Below the pieces are notes generated by a model, which saw only the letters and a list, made by a program, of their open reading frames with translations, searched no databases and was not told the origin of the DNA. Source: Mobula hypostoma (lineage: Eukaryota). Taken from it: a stretch of 64,000 nucleotides of DNA. The stretch is from assembly GCF_963921235.1 (NCBI RefSeq), contig NC_086108.1, positions 51,648,001 through 51,712,000 of the forward strand. Reading direction: 5' to 3'. The translations under genes and the position numbers were made by a program. Of the stretch, positions 37,157 through 48,769 are shown piece after piece; within the stretch, counting starts at the first letter, position 1; every line of letters starts with the position of its first letter.

Positions 37157-38406
37157 TATTATGTAACTTCAAAACATTAAATTAATTCAAAGGAATTCAC
37201 AGGAGTCCAAAAAGAGCGAGTGTAACTTCATCTTTACTTTAAGCAAGGTGCGCATGTATCACTTAGTTGCAAGATGATGTATGCAATTAATGTATTTTAT
37301 ACATAATCCATAAATAATTATTTAAATGAAGAATGCTTAAACTATATATATAAGATTACTCAAATATTATTCAAGTATTAAATACACAATACTCCTTCCT
37401 GCTTAGCTATAAACAACTTAATATAGCATGCATCTCAACTATATACACAGTATACTATATAATACAACATAATATAATACAGACATCCACAGCACAATCA
37501 ATTTTAAATTGTCCCATTTAGGCCAAAAGGTTTAATCGCTGTGGAGGCTTTCTTACTCTGGTGGGATAACATCCTTCCTGACAAGGAGGTCACTCTGCTT
37601 GGCAGGTGAGACTTGTGGCTGTGGAACAACTTTAGGTTCTTAGGGTCTCCTCCGTGGTGATTGTAGGAATTGACTCTGAGACCGCAGGTAGTGGTTCTGA
37701 CAGCTCTGGATGCCTTTCTTCTCTTTTTCCTTCTAGTTTGCGCATCTTAATCTTGGGATGATCCATATAGTTCACTGAAATATTCTCTTATTAATCCTTC
37801 TATTGCTCCCTTTACCACCTGATCTCTCCTTGTAGTGTCCTCGACCACAACATCATCTGACGAACCCTCTGTTTTCAAATCTCCATTGACTCCTTTCTTT
37901 TAGCCCTTCCATTCATCCAGATGGGCTTTGTTTTTTGCATCTACTTTTACAAGCAGCATTTTGTCTCCCACTTGAAGTTCAAGTAATAACCTCAATACAC
38001 ACAAAGTAGATTTTGATTCTTTATACTCACAAAAGCGGAATGCTTGCAAATTTTCTGAAGTTCCTTGAACTCCCTTCCAGCTTAAAACTAAGCCGCATTT
38101 TGTAAGTAACTGTCTGATTATCATATCAGAGGCTTTCTCAGAAATGCTGTCTACAAAAACTGTTGTAGTTGGACCACTGCTTTCGTCAATTTCATGCTTC
38201 TTATAAGCAGCATGATCCTTTTTTTGGTCCAATATCCATTACCCCACAGAGGACAAATAGGTGCTGGTACCAAGCTCTGTGCCTCTGGGTTGGAAAGCTT
38301 ATTGGACAAATAACCTATAATTAATTATTTAAATGAACAAGAAGGCTTAGTCAAGATATATATATATATATATATAAAATATTATTGAAATATTAAATAG
38401 ACAACA
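37157..38406 (-). mobile_element. Gypsy-type LTR retrotransposon remnant nested in the Nimb LINE
   Basis: LTR at 37157-37391 with adjacent PPT (aggaaggag on minus, 37392-37400). Pol/integrase C-terminal tail YPTRVRKPPQRLN at ~37525-37570. Partial second LTR at 38310-38406 is similar to ~37304-37391. Confidence 0.75.
37716..38275 (-). pseudogene. RBM25: Intronless RBM25 mRNA fragment (RRM region)
   Basis: GPTTTVFVDSISEKASDMIIRQLLTKCGLVLSWK...QAFRFCEYKE...LLVKVDAK...LDEWK, continuing past a stop as RRDQVVKGAIEGLIREYFSEL; colinear with RBM25. In-frame stops, no introns, no poly-A. Confidence 0.92.
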
Positions 38407-39023
38407 TGACAACATACATAATTACATAATTGATCATTAAGGATATACATGTAGTGGTGAATTTGCATAAAGGGGAGGTGAAAACCATAATTAAAATGTC
38501 TGTTCCATCACTGTGACGACAAAGTTAGGATAAGGAAGCGAATAGATATCATTGACATAAAATGCAGAGAATAATGGGAACTCAACTGGGAGATGGGTAT
38601 AAAAGGGAAGAAGTTACACTCAAACATTTACATATTTGGTACACCAGGTTGAATAATTCCTTGTTCAGAATTATTATGCATGATGCGGGCATTTGTTGAG
38701 AGTGCACTTGACAATGTCGCATATATTGTTTGAATGCAGTTCCTATGAGGTGCAAAGGAAACATCTAATTGCTGAATTAATATCTTTGGGAGAGATCCAG
38801 TTTAACATGGAAAGTTCGTTAATATATCATTGCCATTGTAATATATTTAAGTATTTGACTTTCTGAAAAGCAGTAGAGTTTCTGAAATGTTCTGAGATTT
38901 TTTGGTAGGTGTGAATTTAGAGGGTATACTTCTCGTCTCTTTGCTCCGAACTCCAACTCAGTAGGTGGCGATAATGCACCTTACGTTGTTCTCCCAAAAG
39001 CTATGAAACTTTACAAGAAGAAA

Positions 39024-39156
39024 TAGTCGAGCTAGTGCCACGCACTCGTCCCTCTGTACGCATGTGTATTGCTTCGACTCTGAGCGATTAGGCCTTGGTA
39101 GTATACTGTGTGTCTGCGGCGGCAGTTTTCCTCTTTGGGTTTATTGTGTAGAAGAT
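39024..39156 (+). promoter_or_regulatory. GORAB proximal promoter / 5' UTR, CpG-enriched
   Basis: CpG cluster just upstream of the ATG in otherwise CpG-depleted DNA; degenerate NRF1-like tgtacgcatgtgta near 39055-39068. Confidence 0.6.
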
Positions 39157-39214
39157 ATGGCTGGTTGGGCAGGATTTTCTGACGAAGAGGTGACGCGAAT
39201 AAAGCAGTTGAAAG
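39157..39214 (+). CDS. GORAB: GORAB (RAB6-interacting golgin / SCYL1BP1) coding exon 1
   Basis: ATG at 39157 gives MAGWAGFSDEEVTRIKQLK, matching the vertebrate GORAB N-terminus (WAGFSEEELRRLKQ). Ends at G|gtaaaa donor (phase 1) in a CpG-rich segment. Confidence 0.93.
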
Positions 39215-39939
39215 GTAAAAATGTGCACTTTAACGTGTGAGTTTGCTGATTTGTTAAAGAACACTCCTGAAGTCGCTATCAGTTCTGAATGTTTTACCCA
39301 TGGACTTTTCCTATTACTGCATCTTTTTGGGCCTGTGTAGCTACACTGCTTGGAGGGCAAATCCTAAAGAGGCAATACGTTTTGAGCCATCTTGTCTTTT
39401 ATTTAGCAAAAATAAATTATACGTATATATAATCATCGGTGCTGAAGTTCTGATGGTCCGGCTCAGCGATTTGTGCCAAGAGTGGAGGGCCTAATTGTCT
39501 GATATTAGAAAGGATAATTACACTTGTGCTGTTTTTTCAGTGTAGCCCATACCACAACAGTGAGCTGGTATAATGGAGGAGAAGGTCTCAGAATAATGTA
39601 AGCACATCTTACAACACATTTAAAGGCCGTCAAATATTTGCAAATGTATAGCTTGATTATTAAACTCGATCATACTTAAAAGTTGTTTCCAATGGTACCC
39701 TTTTCTATGTACTCTAGAATTCTGATTCTTTTGTCTGGTCAAATTCGCACGTTTTGTTTAAAGCGCAATTGGAAACGCTTACGGTACAGTATGACAGTTG
39801 GTTACCAAGCTTGTTTGCAAATAAGCGTGTGGGGTTTCGTCCCCTGTGCTCTTCGTATTCCTACTGTAGCGTCTGGAAACTGGGTTAGGAGTTAGGAAAT
39901 GTGGGTATTTTTACACGGTCTTTAAAATGAAGAACAGTC

Positions 39940-42120
39940 CAACTCAAGAACAGAGCCTTCAGACCATGATGATGTGCTGAACTAATTAAACACCGAATAC
40001 TTTCTGCCTTTATAATCTCCATTTTCTGCATATCCACGTGCATGTTTAATGATCGTTAAACCCCTCTTTCATATTGCCCTCCACGACAGCCACCACTTTA
40101 GGGGAAAAAGCTTGCTCCGCACTGTTGCCCTTCTCACTTTAAATATGTGCCCTCCAGTATTAGATGTTAACCCTCGGAGAAAGATGCAGGCTGTTTATTC
40201 TATGTATCATAAACTTGAACTCCTGTCTGGTCATCCCTAAGTCCCAACAGTTCCACAACCTCTCCTCATAATCCAGGCAGCATTCAGGTAAACCTCTTCT
40301 GCACCCTTTCCTAAGCCACAACGTGTCTTTTATAATCAGGCAAGCAGAAATTAATGTTGTACTCTAGATGCAGCCTAAACAAAGTTTTATGAAGCTGCAA
40401 CATGACATCCTGACCTCCTGACTAATGAAGACAAGCATGACATGCATCATTTTTATCATCCTATCAACTTGTGCAGCCTCTTTCAGGGGGCCTTGGGGGT
40501 GAATCCCGAGATCTGTCTTTACATTTAACAGTATTCAAAGTTCTGCCTTTAACTGTTATTTTATATTTGATCTCTCAAAGTGCATTACCTCAACAAACTC
40601 GATCTGTCAGTTATTTGCCGATCTATATCCCACTGCATCCTTTGGCAACCTTCTATCAGACCACCGATCCTTGTATCATCTGTGAATTTACTAAACCATC
40701 TATCCACATTTTTGTCTGTTAATTATATGCATCACAAATAGAGGTCCCTGTAAGAATCCCTGTGGAGCACCGCAAATCACAGACTTCCAGCCAGAACAAG
40801 TCTCCTCGACCACCACCCTTTATTTTCTATGGCAAGCCAGTTCTATGGCAAAGTCACCATGGATCCTCTGCATCTTAATGTTCTAGATGAGCCTACTGTG
40901 AGGGACCTTAACAAACACACAACTAAAATCCACAGACAACTTCTACAGTTCAACCTTCCTCAGTCACCTTTTTTTTAAAAAAATCTCTCAGGAAGGCAAG
41001 ATTTGTCCCACACAAAGCCATGCTGACTGTTCCTAATTATGCCATGATTTTCCAAATGCTCATAAATCCTATCCTTCAAACTCCTCTCCACTAGCTTCCA
41101 CTGACGTGAAACGCGCCAGTCTATGGTTTTCACTATTTTCCCAAATTTCCCCTCTGAGCAACATTAATTACTTGTCGGTCCTCTGGGATCTTTACTGTGA
41201 GTAGGGAGAATGAAAAGATCTTTGTGAAGGTCCTAACAGTCTTGTCTCTTGCCTCGTTAAATATCATGGCATATTATCAGGCCCTGGGGACCTATCCACT
41301 TCACCGTTCTTCAAGAGACCCAAGACTTCCACTTTCTTTATCTAAAAATGTCCTAGAGTATCAGTACACTCCACACTGATCTCATTACCCTCTACATCCT
41401 TGTCTTGGTAAATACCTATGAAAAGCACTACCCATCAAGAACATATTCCCTTATCCTTGTGGTACAACACTCTCCCTACTTATCCTCTTGCTCTTGATGT
41501 ATATATAGAATGCCTTGGGATTCTCTTTAATCCTGCTTGCTAAAGGACTTTACATGGCCCACTTTGGCTTTCTTAGTTCCCTTCTTTGCAATCCTCAAGG
41601 GTTCTGCTCGATTTTACCTTCCTGAACCTTGTATTTGCTTTTTTCTTCTTGACTAAATTCTACAGTGCTCTCATAATCCAACGTTCTATTACCTCCCAAC
41701 TTTATCCAAACATACTTATTGAAACATACCTGACCTGTACTCCTTGCAACTCATCTTTATATTTAAGAGGGAGTTAGATATGGCCCTTATGGCGAAAGGG
41801 ATCGGGGGTATGGAGGGAAGGCTGGTACAGGATTCTGAGTTGGATGATCAGCCATGATCATACTGAGTGGTGGTGTAGGCTCGAAGGGCCGAATGGCCTA
41901 CTCCTGCACCTATTTTCTATGTTTCTATGTTTAAACACTCTCCACTGTGTGATGTGGACTTGCCCAAGATCATTTGTTCCCAATTAATTCACCTTGTTCC
42001 TGCCTAATGCACTCATCAGTTGCTGCCCCAAGTTAATACTCTCCTGCAAGATCCAAACTTATCCTTATTTGAAGCTTTCTTAAAACTTAAGGAGCTGTAT
42101 TCACTGTTTCTTAAACGTGC
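39940..42120 (-). mobile_element. CR1 LINE fragments in GORAB intron 1, with a short + strand CR1 3' end at 41760-41930
   Basis: Antisense CR1 ORF2 remnants; the inner piece ends ggccgaatggcctactcctgcacc...(tttctatg)n. Confidence 0.7.
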
Positions 42121-42549
42121 AGGCTGATCAAGTGAATTCGGCTGCAGTTTGGCAAGGTTGGCACTTGTAATATTTAGATGCATTAGTTTTCATATTGATA
42201 TGGCAAAGGGGTCATTTAGCAAATTTTCCTTCTCTTGCCCTCTCCAATTTAATCTTTTTCACAGAATCAGATGTCTTTACACGTAATCCTTGAACCATCA
42301 ACTTCTCTCTCTACCCTCGCTACCAAGGTGAAGAACCCGGCTTCTCCAGTCTAACCTTGTGACTGCATCTCTTGTAATTAGCACCATACCAGTTAATTCC
42401 AGTGAAATTTTGAAAATCAAAAAGTGTATCCTTCCTAAAACTGCATCTCATGGTAAAACAAACTTGGTAATTCAAGGTATGTAGTCATGAACTGACATAT
42501 CTTGAATATCTCCTCTTATAACCAATACAAACAATAGGTTTATTTTAGT

Positions 42550-43480
42550 AATGCTGGAGAAACTCAGCAGTCCAGGCAGCACCTAGTGAAAAGAGTAAAC
42601 AGTTAACTTTCAGCTGAGACCCTTCATCAGGACTGGAAAAAAGAGATGGAAGTCATGAGTAAGAAGGTGGGGGGAGGGGAGGAAGAAGTACAAGGTAGTA
42701 GGTGATGGGTGAATTTCTAAATGACAATAAAAGAGGACTGAGTGTTCCCATAATTAAAAAAAATGGGAGAGGGGGAGGGGTAAAGTAAAGAGCTGGGAAG
42801 TCAATTCGTGAAAGAGATGAAGGGCTGGAGATGGGGGAATCTGATACAAGAGAACAAAAAACCATGGAAGAAAAGGAAGGGGGAGGAGCACCAGAAGGAG
42901 ATGATGGGCAGGGAAGGAGATAAAGTGAGAGATGCGAATGGTGAAGAGGAAGGGGGCATTACCAGAAGTTTGAGAAATCAATGTTCATGCCATCAGGTTG
43001 GAGGCTACCCGGATGAATGCAAGGTGTTGCTGCTCTGACGTGTGTGTTGTCTCATCATGACAGTGGAGGAGGTCATGGACTGCCAAATCAGAATGGGAAA
43101 TAAAACAAATGGGTAGCCACCGGGAGATTCTGCTTTTCCTGGCGGATGGGAGTGTAGGTGCTTGACCAAGCGGCCTCCCATCTATATCGTGTCTCATTGC
43201 TATACAGGATGCCACACTGGGAACACCGGATACAGTGGATGTCTCCAAAAGACTCTCAGGTGACGTGTCGCCTCACTTGGAAGGACTGTTTGGGGCTCTG
43301 ATTGATAGTGAGGGAGGAGGTGTAGGGGCAGGTGTAGCACTTGTTCTGCTTGCAAGGATAAGTAACAGGAGGGAGATCAGTAGGAGGGATGGATGGATAA
43401 GGGAGTCACGCGGAGAGCGATCCCTGTGGAAAGCAGAAAGTGGGGGGAAGGGAAAGATGTGCTTCATGGTGGGATCCCAT
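42550..43480 (-). mobile_element. Penelope/Poseidon 3' fragment (GIY-YIG plus pseudo-LTR)
   Basis: WDPTMKHIFPFPPLSAFHRDRSPRDSL; EQQHLAF; terminus tgctggagaaactcagc with a degenerate hammerhead at ~42600-42635. Confidence 0.85.
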
Positions 43481-43992
43481 CCTCGCATTTATTTTCCTTG
43501 AAACAAAGCCTAGGAAACTATATTGTGATGGTTGAGGGAGGAGTATGTTGAGAATAACACTCCTTGCTCCTGAAGTGTTGTGAATTTGTTAATTTAGCAG
43601 GAATATATATTATTTGATGTCTTATTAAACTTGCAGATTTTGAAGCTTGTCTTTGAGACAGCGGGTAGATAAGTTTAATGCAACTGAAAGATTACAAAGT
43701 ACTTTCATGTTCCACTTATGCAGTCCAAACGGAATAATTTTGTTTGTATAACTGCTTTGTCCGTTGTATAGCCCAGCTTGCCACTGGTTTCCTGAAGGGG
43801 AAATCTTACCTGGCAAATCTGTTGGAATCCTTTCAGAAAATAACAGGCAGGATAGACAAAGGAAAATCAGTGGATGTTGCTTACTTCGATTTTCAGAAGG
43901 CCTTTAATGGAGTGCTTCGCATGAGGCTGTTGAACAAGATAAGAGCCTATGGTACTAGCCCATTTACAGGAAAGGTACTAGCATGGATAGAA

Positions 43993-44207
43993 CGCAAACA
44001 CGAGGAAATCTGCAAGGAATTTCAAGCAACACACATAAAAAATGCAGGTGAATGCAGCAGGCCGGGCAGCATCTGTAGGAAGAGGTACAGTCAACGTTTC
44101 GGGCCGAGACCCTTCGTCAGGACAGGGTCTTGGCCCGAATCGTTGACTGTACCTCTTCCTACAGATGCTGCCTGGCCTGCTGCGTTCACCAGCATTTTTT
44201 ATGTGTG
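43993..44207. mobile_element. Foldback Penelope-derived mini-element, copy 1
   Basis: Inverted arms around ~44123; perfect 14-bp TSD tagcatggatagaa (43979-43992, 44208-44221); inserted in a CR1. Confidence 0.88.
44090..44123 (-). ncRNA. Minimal hammerhead ribozyme motif (Penelope type)
   Basis: GUC-CUGACGA-A-GGGU(CUCG)GCCC-GAAAC-GUU-GAC: core, stems I and II, and palindromic AC-GU stem III. Confidence 0.65.
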
Positions 44208-45640
44208 TAGCATGGATAGAAGATTGTCTGACTGGCAGGAGGCAAAGAATGGGGATAAGCAGAGCTTTTTCTGATTGGCTGCTGGTGACTTCTGGTATTC
44301 TGCAGGGATCAGTGTTGAGGCTACTTCTTTTCACATTGTGTCAGTGATGTTGGGTGATAGAATTGATGGCTTTGTGGCCAAGTTTACAGACTACATGAAG
44401 ATACATGGAGGGGTAGGTAGTGTTGAGGAAGCAGAGAGTCTGCAGAAGGACTTAGACAGAATAGGAGAATGGCCAAAGAAGTGGCAGGCAGAATATAGTG
44501 TAGGGAAGAGTGTGGTCATGCACTTTGATAGAAAGAATAAAGGCATAGATTATGGGGGAAAAATTCAAATATCAGAGGTACAAAGGTATTTGGCATCCTT
44601 GTGCAGAGTTTTCTAAAGATTAACTTAGAGGTTGGTAAGGAAAGCAACTGTCATGTTGGCATTCATTTCAGGAGGGCTAGAGGTTCAAAGGAGTTGCAGG
44701 GGACTGATTCCAAAATGAAAGGGTATGAGGTGAGTTTGATTGCACTGGATCTGTTCTTGCTGGAATGAAGTGGTGGGGGGAGAAGGGCAGATCTTATTGA
44801 AATCTATTGAATATTGAAAGGCTGTGACAGAGTGGGTATGGAAAGGATGTTTCTATAGTTGGTGACTCGAGGACCAGAGGGCACAGCCTCAGAATAGAGG
44901 GATGTCTGTTTAGAAGAGATGAGGAGGAATTTCTAGATAAAGGGTAGTGAATCGGTGGAGTTCATTGCCCCAGACAGCTGTGGAGGCCAAGTTACTGAGC
45001 GTATTTAAAGCAGAGGTTGATAGGTTCTTATTTAGTCAGGGTATTAAAGGTTACCGGAGGAGGCAGATGGATGGGGTTGAGAGGGATAATAAGTCAGCCA
45101 CGGTGGTAGAATCGTGATGGGACCATTGCTGAGTATTGCTGCTGTGACTTATGGTCGAATCAGTTTTGAGTACCATTGGCTGAGGAAGAATAGTGAACCA
45201 GAACAATAGCCCTGTTATGGAGTTTCCTTTAACTTAAATGGGCAATTATAATTTCATTTTAATGACAATATGGCCATTTTTTTGAGAACAGCACTGAAAT
45301 GTCAGTATTGAATATACTGCTGGAAAGATACATTCATTCATAATCTTGTAGTTCTGAAGTGAGAATAATCATTCTTCTAATTATAGGATTTTAATGAAGT
45401 GAAAGATGTTGCCTGGTATAACTGTCTTTCATGTGTGGGGCTGTGTGTACTGAAGAAGAGTGGCTGTTTCAGGAAAAATAAACCACCTTATTTGTTGATT
45501 TATTTTAGAGCTGTTAATTTGTATCTCATTTTCCTGGAGTATATGCAGTGCTTTAGGGAGTCAGTGTGATTCAGAATTGCAGGGAATTACTTCAATACTC
45601 AATACATTATACGTAGCACTGATTGTACTAGTAGCATATA

Positions 45641-45942
45641 GGCATCCGTTAGTCTCATGAGATCATGGATTTGCACCTTGGAAGGTTTCCAGGGCACTGG
45701 CCTGGGCAAGGTCGTATGGAAGACCAGCAGTTGCCCATGCTGCAAGACTCCTCTCTCCACGCCACCAATGTTGCCCAAGGGAAGGGCATTAGGACCCATA
45801 CAGCTTGGCACCAGTGTCATCGCAGAGCAATGTGTGGTAAGGTGCCTTGCTCAAGGACACACACACTGCCTCAGCCAAGGCTCGAACTAGCGACCTTTGA
45901 ATCACTAGACGAACGCCTTAACCACTTGGCCATGCGCCAACA
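45641..45942 (-). mobile_element. tRNA-derived SINE, family A copy 3
   Basis: Same family; flanked by tagtagcata / tagcagcata. Confidence 0.85.
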
Positions 45943-46079
45943 CAGTAGCAGCATACTGGAGGAAAAATAGTAACAACCAGAAACTTAGTTAGCTTCAACT
46001 GAAGAAAATCTCTGCAAATTTTATGTTCTTTCATGCCCATGTGAGAGAAATTCATTGGTTTCTAAAATGTTGCCTTGTT

Positions 46080-46381
46080 CCATCCGTTAGTCTTGCGAGA
46101 CCATGGATCTGCGCCTGGAAAGTCTTCACTCTCCAGGGTGCAGGCCTGGGCAAGGTTGTATGGAAGACTGGCAATTGCCCATGCTGCAAGTCTCCCCTCT
46201 CCACAACACCAGTGTTGTCCAAGGGAAGGGCATTAGGGCCCATACAGCTTGGCACCAGTGTCATCGCAGAGCACTGTGTGATTAAGTGCCTTGCTCAAGG
46301 ACACAACACGCTGCCTCAGCTGGGGCTCGAACTCACGGCCTTCAGATCGCTAGTCGAACGCCTTAACCACTTGGCCACGTG
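46080..46381 (-). mobile_element. tRNA-derived SINE, family A copy 4
   Basis: Same family; lies ~140 bp from copy 3. Confidence 0.85.
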
Positions 46382-47319
46382 TTCCAGAGTGGTAACACAT
46401 TTATGCTTTTGTGAGGATTAATGGTGGTGGCATTGGGGGTGTGGGGTTGCTGGTAAGGAAATAGGTACCAGTCTGTCTGTCTCCCAGTTTGCTAGCAGAG
46501 TCACAATTTAAGGTCTTAGTGATATTAAGGCTCCACTGTATAATGTATAGTGGAAAGCTGGTGAAGCAAGATCAAGGACGTTAAATATCAGCCACTGCTT
46601 GTCTCAATACAAGCAGATTTTCAATGATGACAGATTAAACATTAACATCATTCATTTAAGTTTAAAGTTCAGAGTAAATTTTATTATCAAAGTACATGTA
46701 TGTCACCATATACAACCTTGAGGCCCATTTTCCTGTGGTCGTACTCAGCAAATCTATAGAAAAGTAACTGACAGGATCAATGGAAGATCAAACAGAGTGC
46801 TGAAGACAACAAACTGTGCTTATCCAGATATAAATAAATAGCAATAAATAATGGGAACATGAGATAAAAAGTCCCTAAAGTGGATCATTATACAAGTATA
46901 TTTTCAAAGGGGCCACTGGGTTTGTGTATATTTCAAAAGTGCTTCAATTATAAAATAGGAAGGAAGCATCCATTCATTTTAGAAGATACTAAGTTGTGCA
47001 TGCACTTCATTGAAAGTGACTGGGAAACAAAAGGTTACTGCTCCTGAATCAGGTTTATTATCACTGATATATGTGGTGAGAAGTGTTATTTTATGGTAGC
47101 TGTGCATTGCAAGACATGAAATCACTATTAGTTACAATAACTAATGTAAGAATAAACTTTTAGTAAGAAATTATGAATATTTAATACAACTATAATTAGT
47201 CTTTATTGAATAACTGAACTGAATAATGTAAACAAAAAAATCTGAAATGGCACAGTAAATTATTTCATTTTGCAGCTTTTCAGAACAAAAATCAGCTTTG
47301 TTTTTTTTCTTTTTGTAAA

Positions 47320-47410
47320 GCTTTGGGTCCCTGGCAAGTGGAAAGAGAAGAAATAATGGGACAGGTATAACACCTTTGGTTGTATGGGAAAGTACCACTT
47401 GGCAGGCTGG
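47320..47410 (-). mobile_element. Short Penelope fragment
   Basis: GTFPYNQRCYTCPIISSLSTCQGPK, the CxxC region preceding GIY-YIG. Confidence 0.6.
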
Positions 47411-48769
47411 TGACAGAAGAGCAAACTAAGGAATCACAAAAGGAGCAATTCTTTTGAAATGCTGTTCCTATTGGTAGAATCTTGTTAGAGCTGGCATAAT
47501 TTGCAAAGAGTGCCAGTGTTGTAACTAAACTGGAACAGTTGATGTGTTGATAACCTTGCATTTTTCTTTAATTCTGATTTTCAACATCTGTATTTCTGTA
47601 TCTAAAATTCATATTGCCATTGTAAAGTAATTATAAGATGCCTTTTCTTACTAATGGCAGACTATATATGAGGTCATGCTCACATCATTGGGTCAAATTT
47701 ATTTTTAAGTTCTTGGTTTAGTCTGGTTGCAATTTGAAACTGATTACTTAATTCCAAGTGGCTCTCAGGATCTGGAAATTGTGAAAAGAGGTGTTAAATT
47801 TTACCTAAATTACTTTTTGGGGAATATTTCCCTTTGTTGAATTTGATACGAGTCAGTGCTCCTTAGCCCACTTTTCTCCTGGCATCTGTTCATATGATGT
47901 AAAGATTAATTTCAACTCCTATTCTGACTGCTTTGTTGACAGAACTCTTTCCAATTCCTTTCTTCTGTTTTTCTTCCACAAATTTGTGGCTTTCAGAATA
48001 CAATAGTGAGGTTGCCTGTTCGCTTTAATGTTTTTTTTATCTTTGGTATTTTAGATTAACTTCTTGACTTGGAAGGTAATTCCCTGGGCAAATTACTTAG
48101 AGTAAAAGTAAATGCATTTGATAGTGCACTTTTGCTAAATTTTGGCCAGTCTGGAGTTCTCATATATTAAGAATACTTCGCTGGTTTTTTTTCTTGTTGA
48201 ATTTTGATAACTTGCCAATAAGAAATGAAAATTCTAATTTCTAATCCCGTGGGAAAGCCTGAGGAAGGAAAGAACTTCCAGTGTAGCTCAAGAGATGAAG
48301 TTCAGGGAAATGAATAAATATGCAAGGTTTTGGCAAATAATTACCAACAGGAGTAAAGGCATAGAGGTGAGATTAAGGATGTGCAATTATACATTTAAGT
48401 ACAAAAACAATCCCTTAGGGCAATCCCATTCATCAGGTGACCTATAGGCAGATGACCATTTTTTTGCATATCATCCTTGGTGGATTTGCATACAATACAT
48501 TTCTTCCATTCACTGCCCCACTTGCAATCATTTCAATGGTGCTTTTCAAACCCACAGTATTTTACAAGTATTGCTGCTGATATACTGATGGTAAGCAAAG
48601 CTGAATAAATTGACGTTTATCTGACATTGGGAGAGATCAATCAGTGGTCTACTCTGAGTATGTTTCCTGTGAATATACACAAAATTGAAACTACTAATCC
48701 ATTGAACGGGGAAGTGAGATGATTAGTAATGGAAACACAACTGTATAATGGAATTACTGAAATAAGGGT

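Larger units (their letters stand above)
33370..39023 (+). mobile_element. Nimb/I-group LINE (decayed ORF1 and ORF2), interrupted by an LTR remnant
   Basis: ORF1 zinc knuckles (CFQCQKFG...CGRCG...KCGGN, ~34030-34175); APE motifs (LQWNA, CGDFNAHS, GNDHFLI); RT motifs (SYRPISLT, FFDAEKAYD); RNase H (YTDGS, CSDSLS, HVGVEGNEVAD). 3' end ...gtaggtggcgataatgcacc...aagaagaaa. TSD tagtcaaactag (33358-33369) / tagtcgagctag (39024-39035). Confidence 0.85.
43760..45160 (+). mobile_element. CR1 LINE 3' portion
   Basis: GFLKGKSYLANLLE...VDVAYFDFQKAF; KFTDYMKI; CR1-type 3' end. Confidence 0.85.

Noticed and set aside
37900..38232. Functional RBM25 gene
   Set aside because: Internal fragment with stops and altered RNP residues, embedded in an LTR element.
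38356..38376. (TA)n microsatellite
   Set aside because: Ordinary expansion inside the partial LTR.
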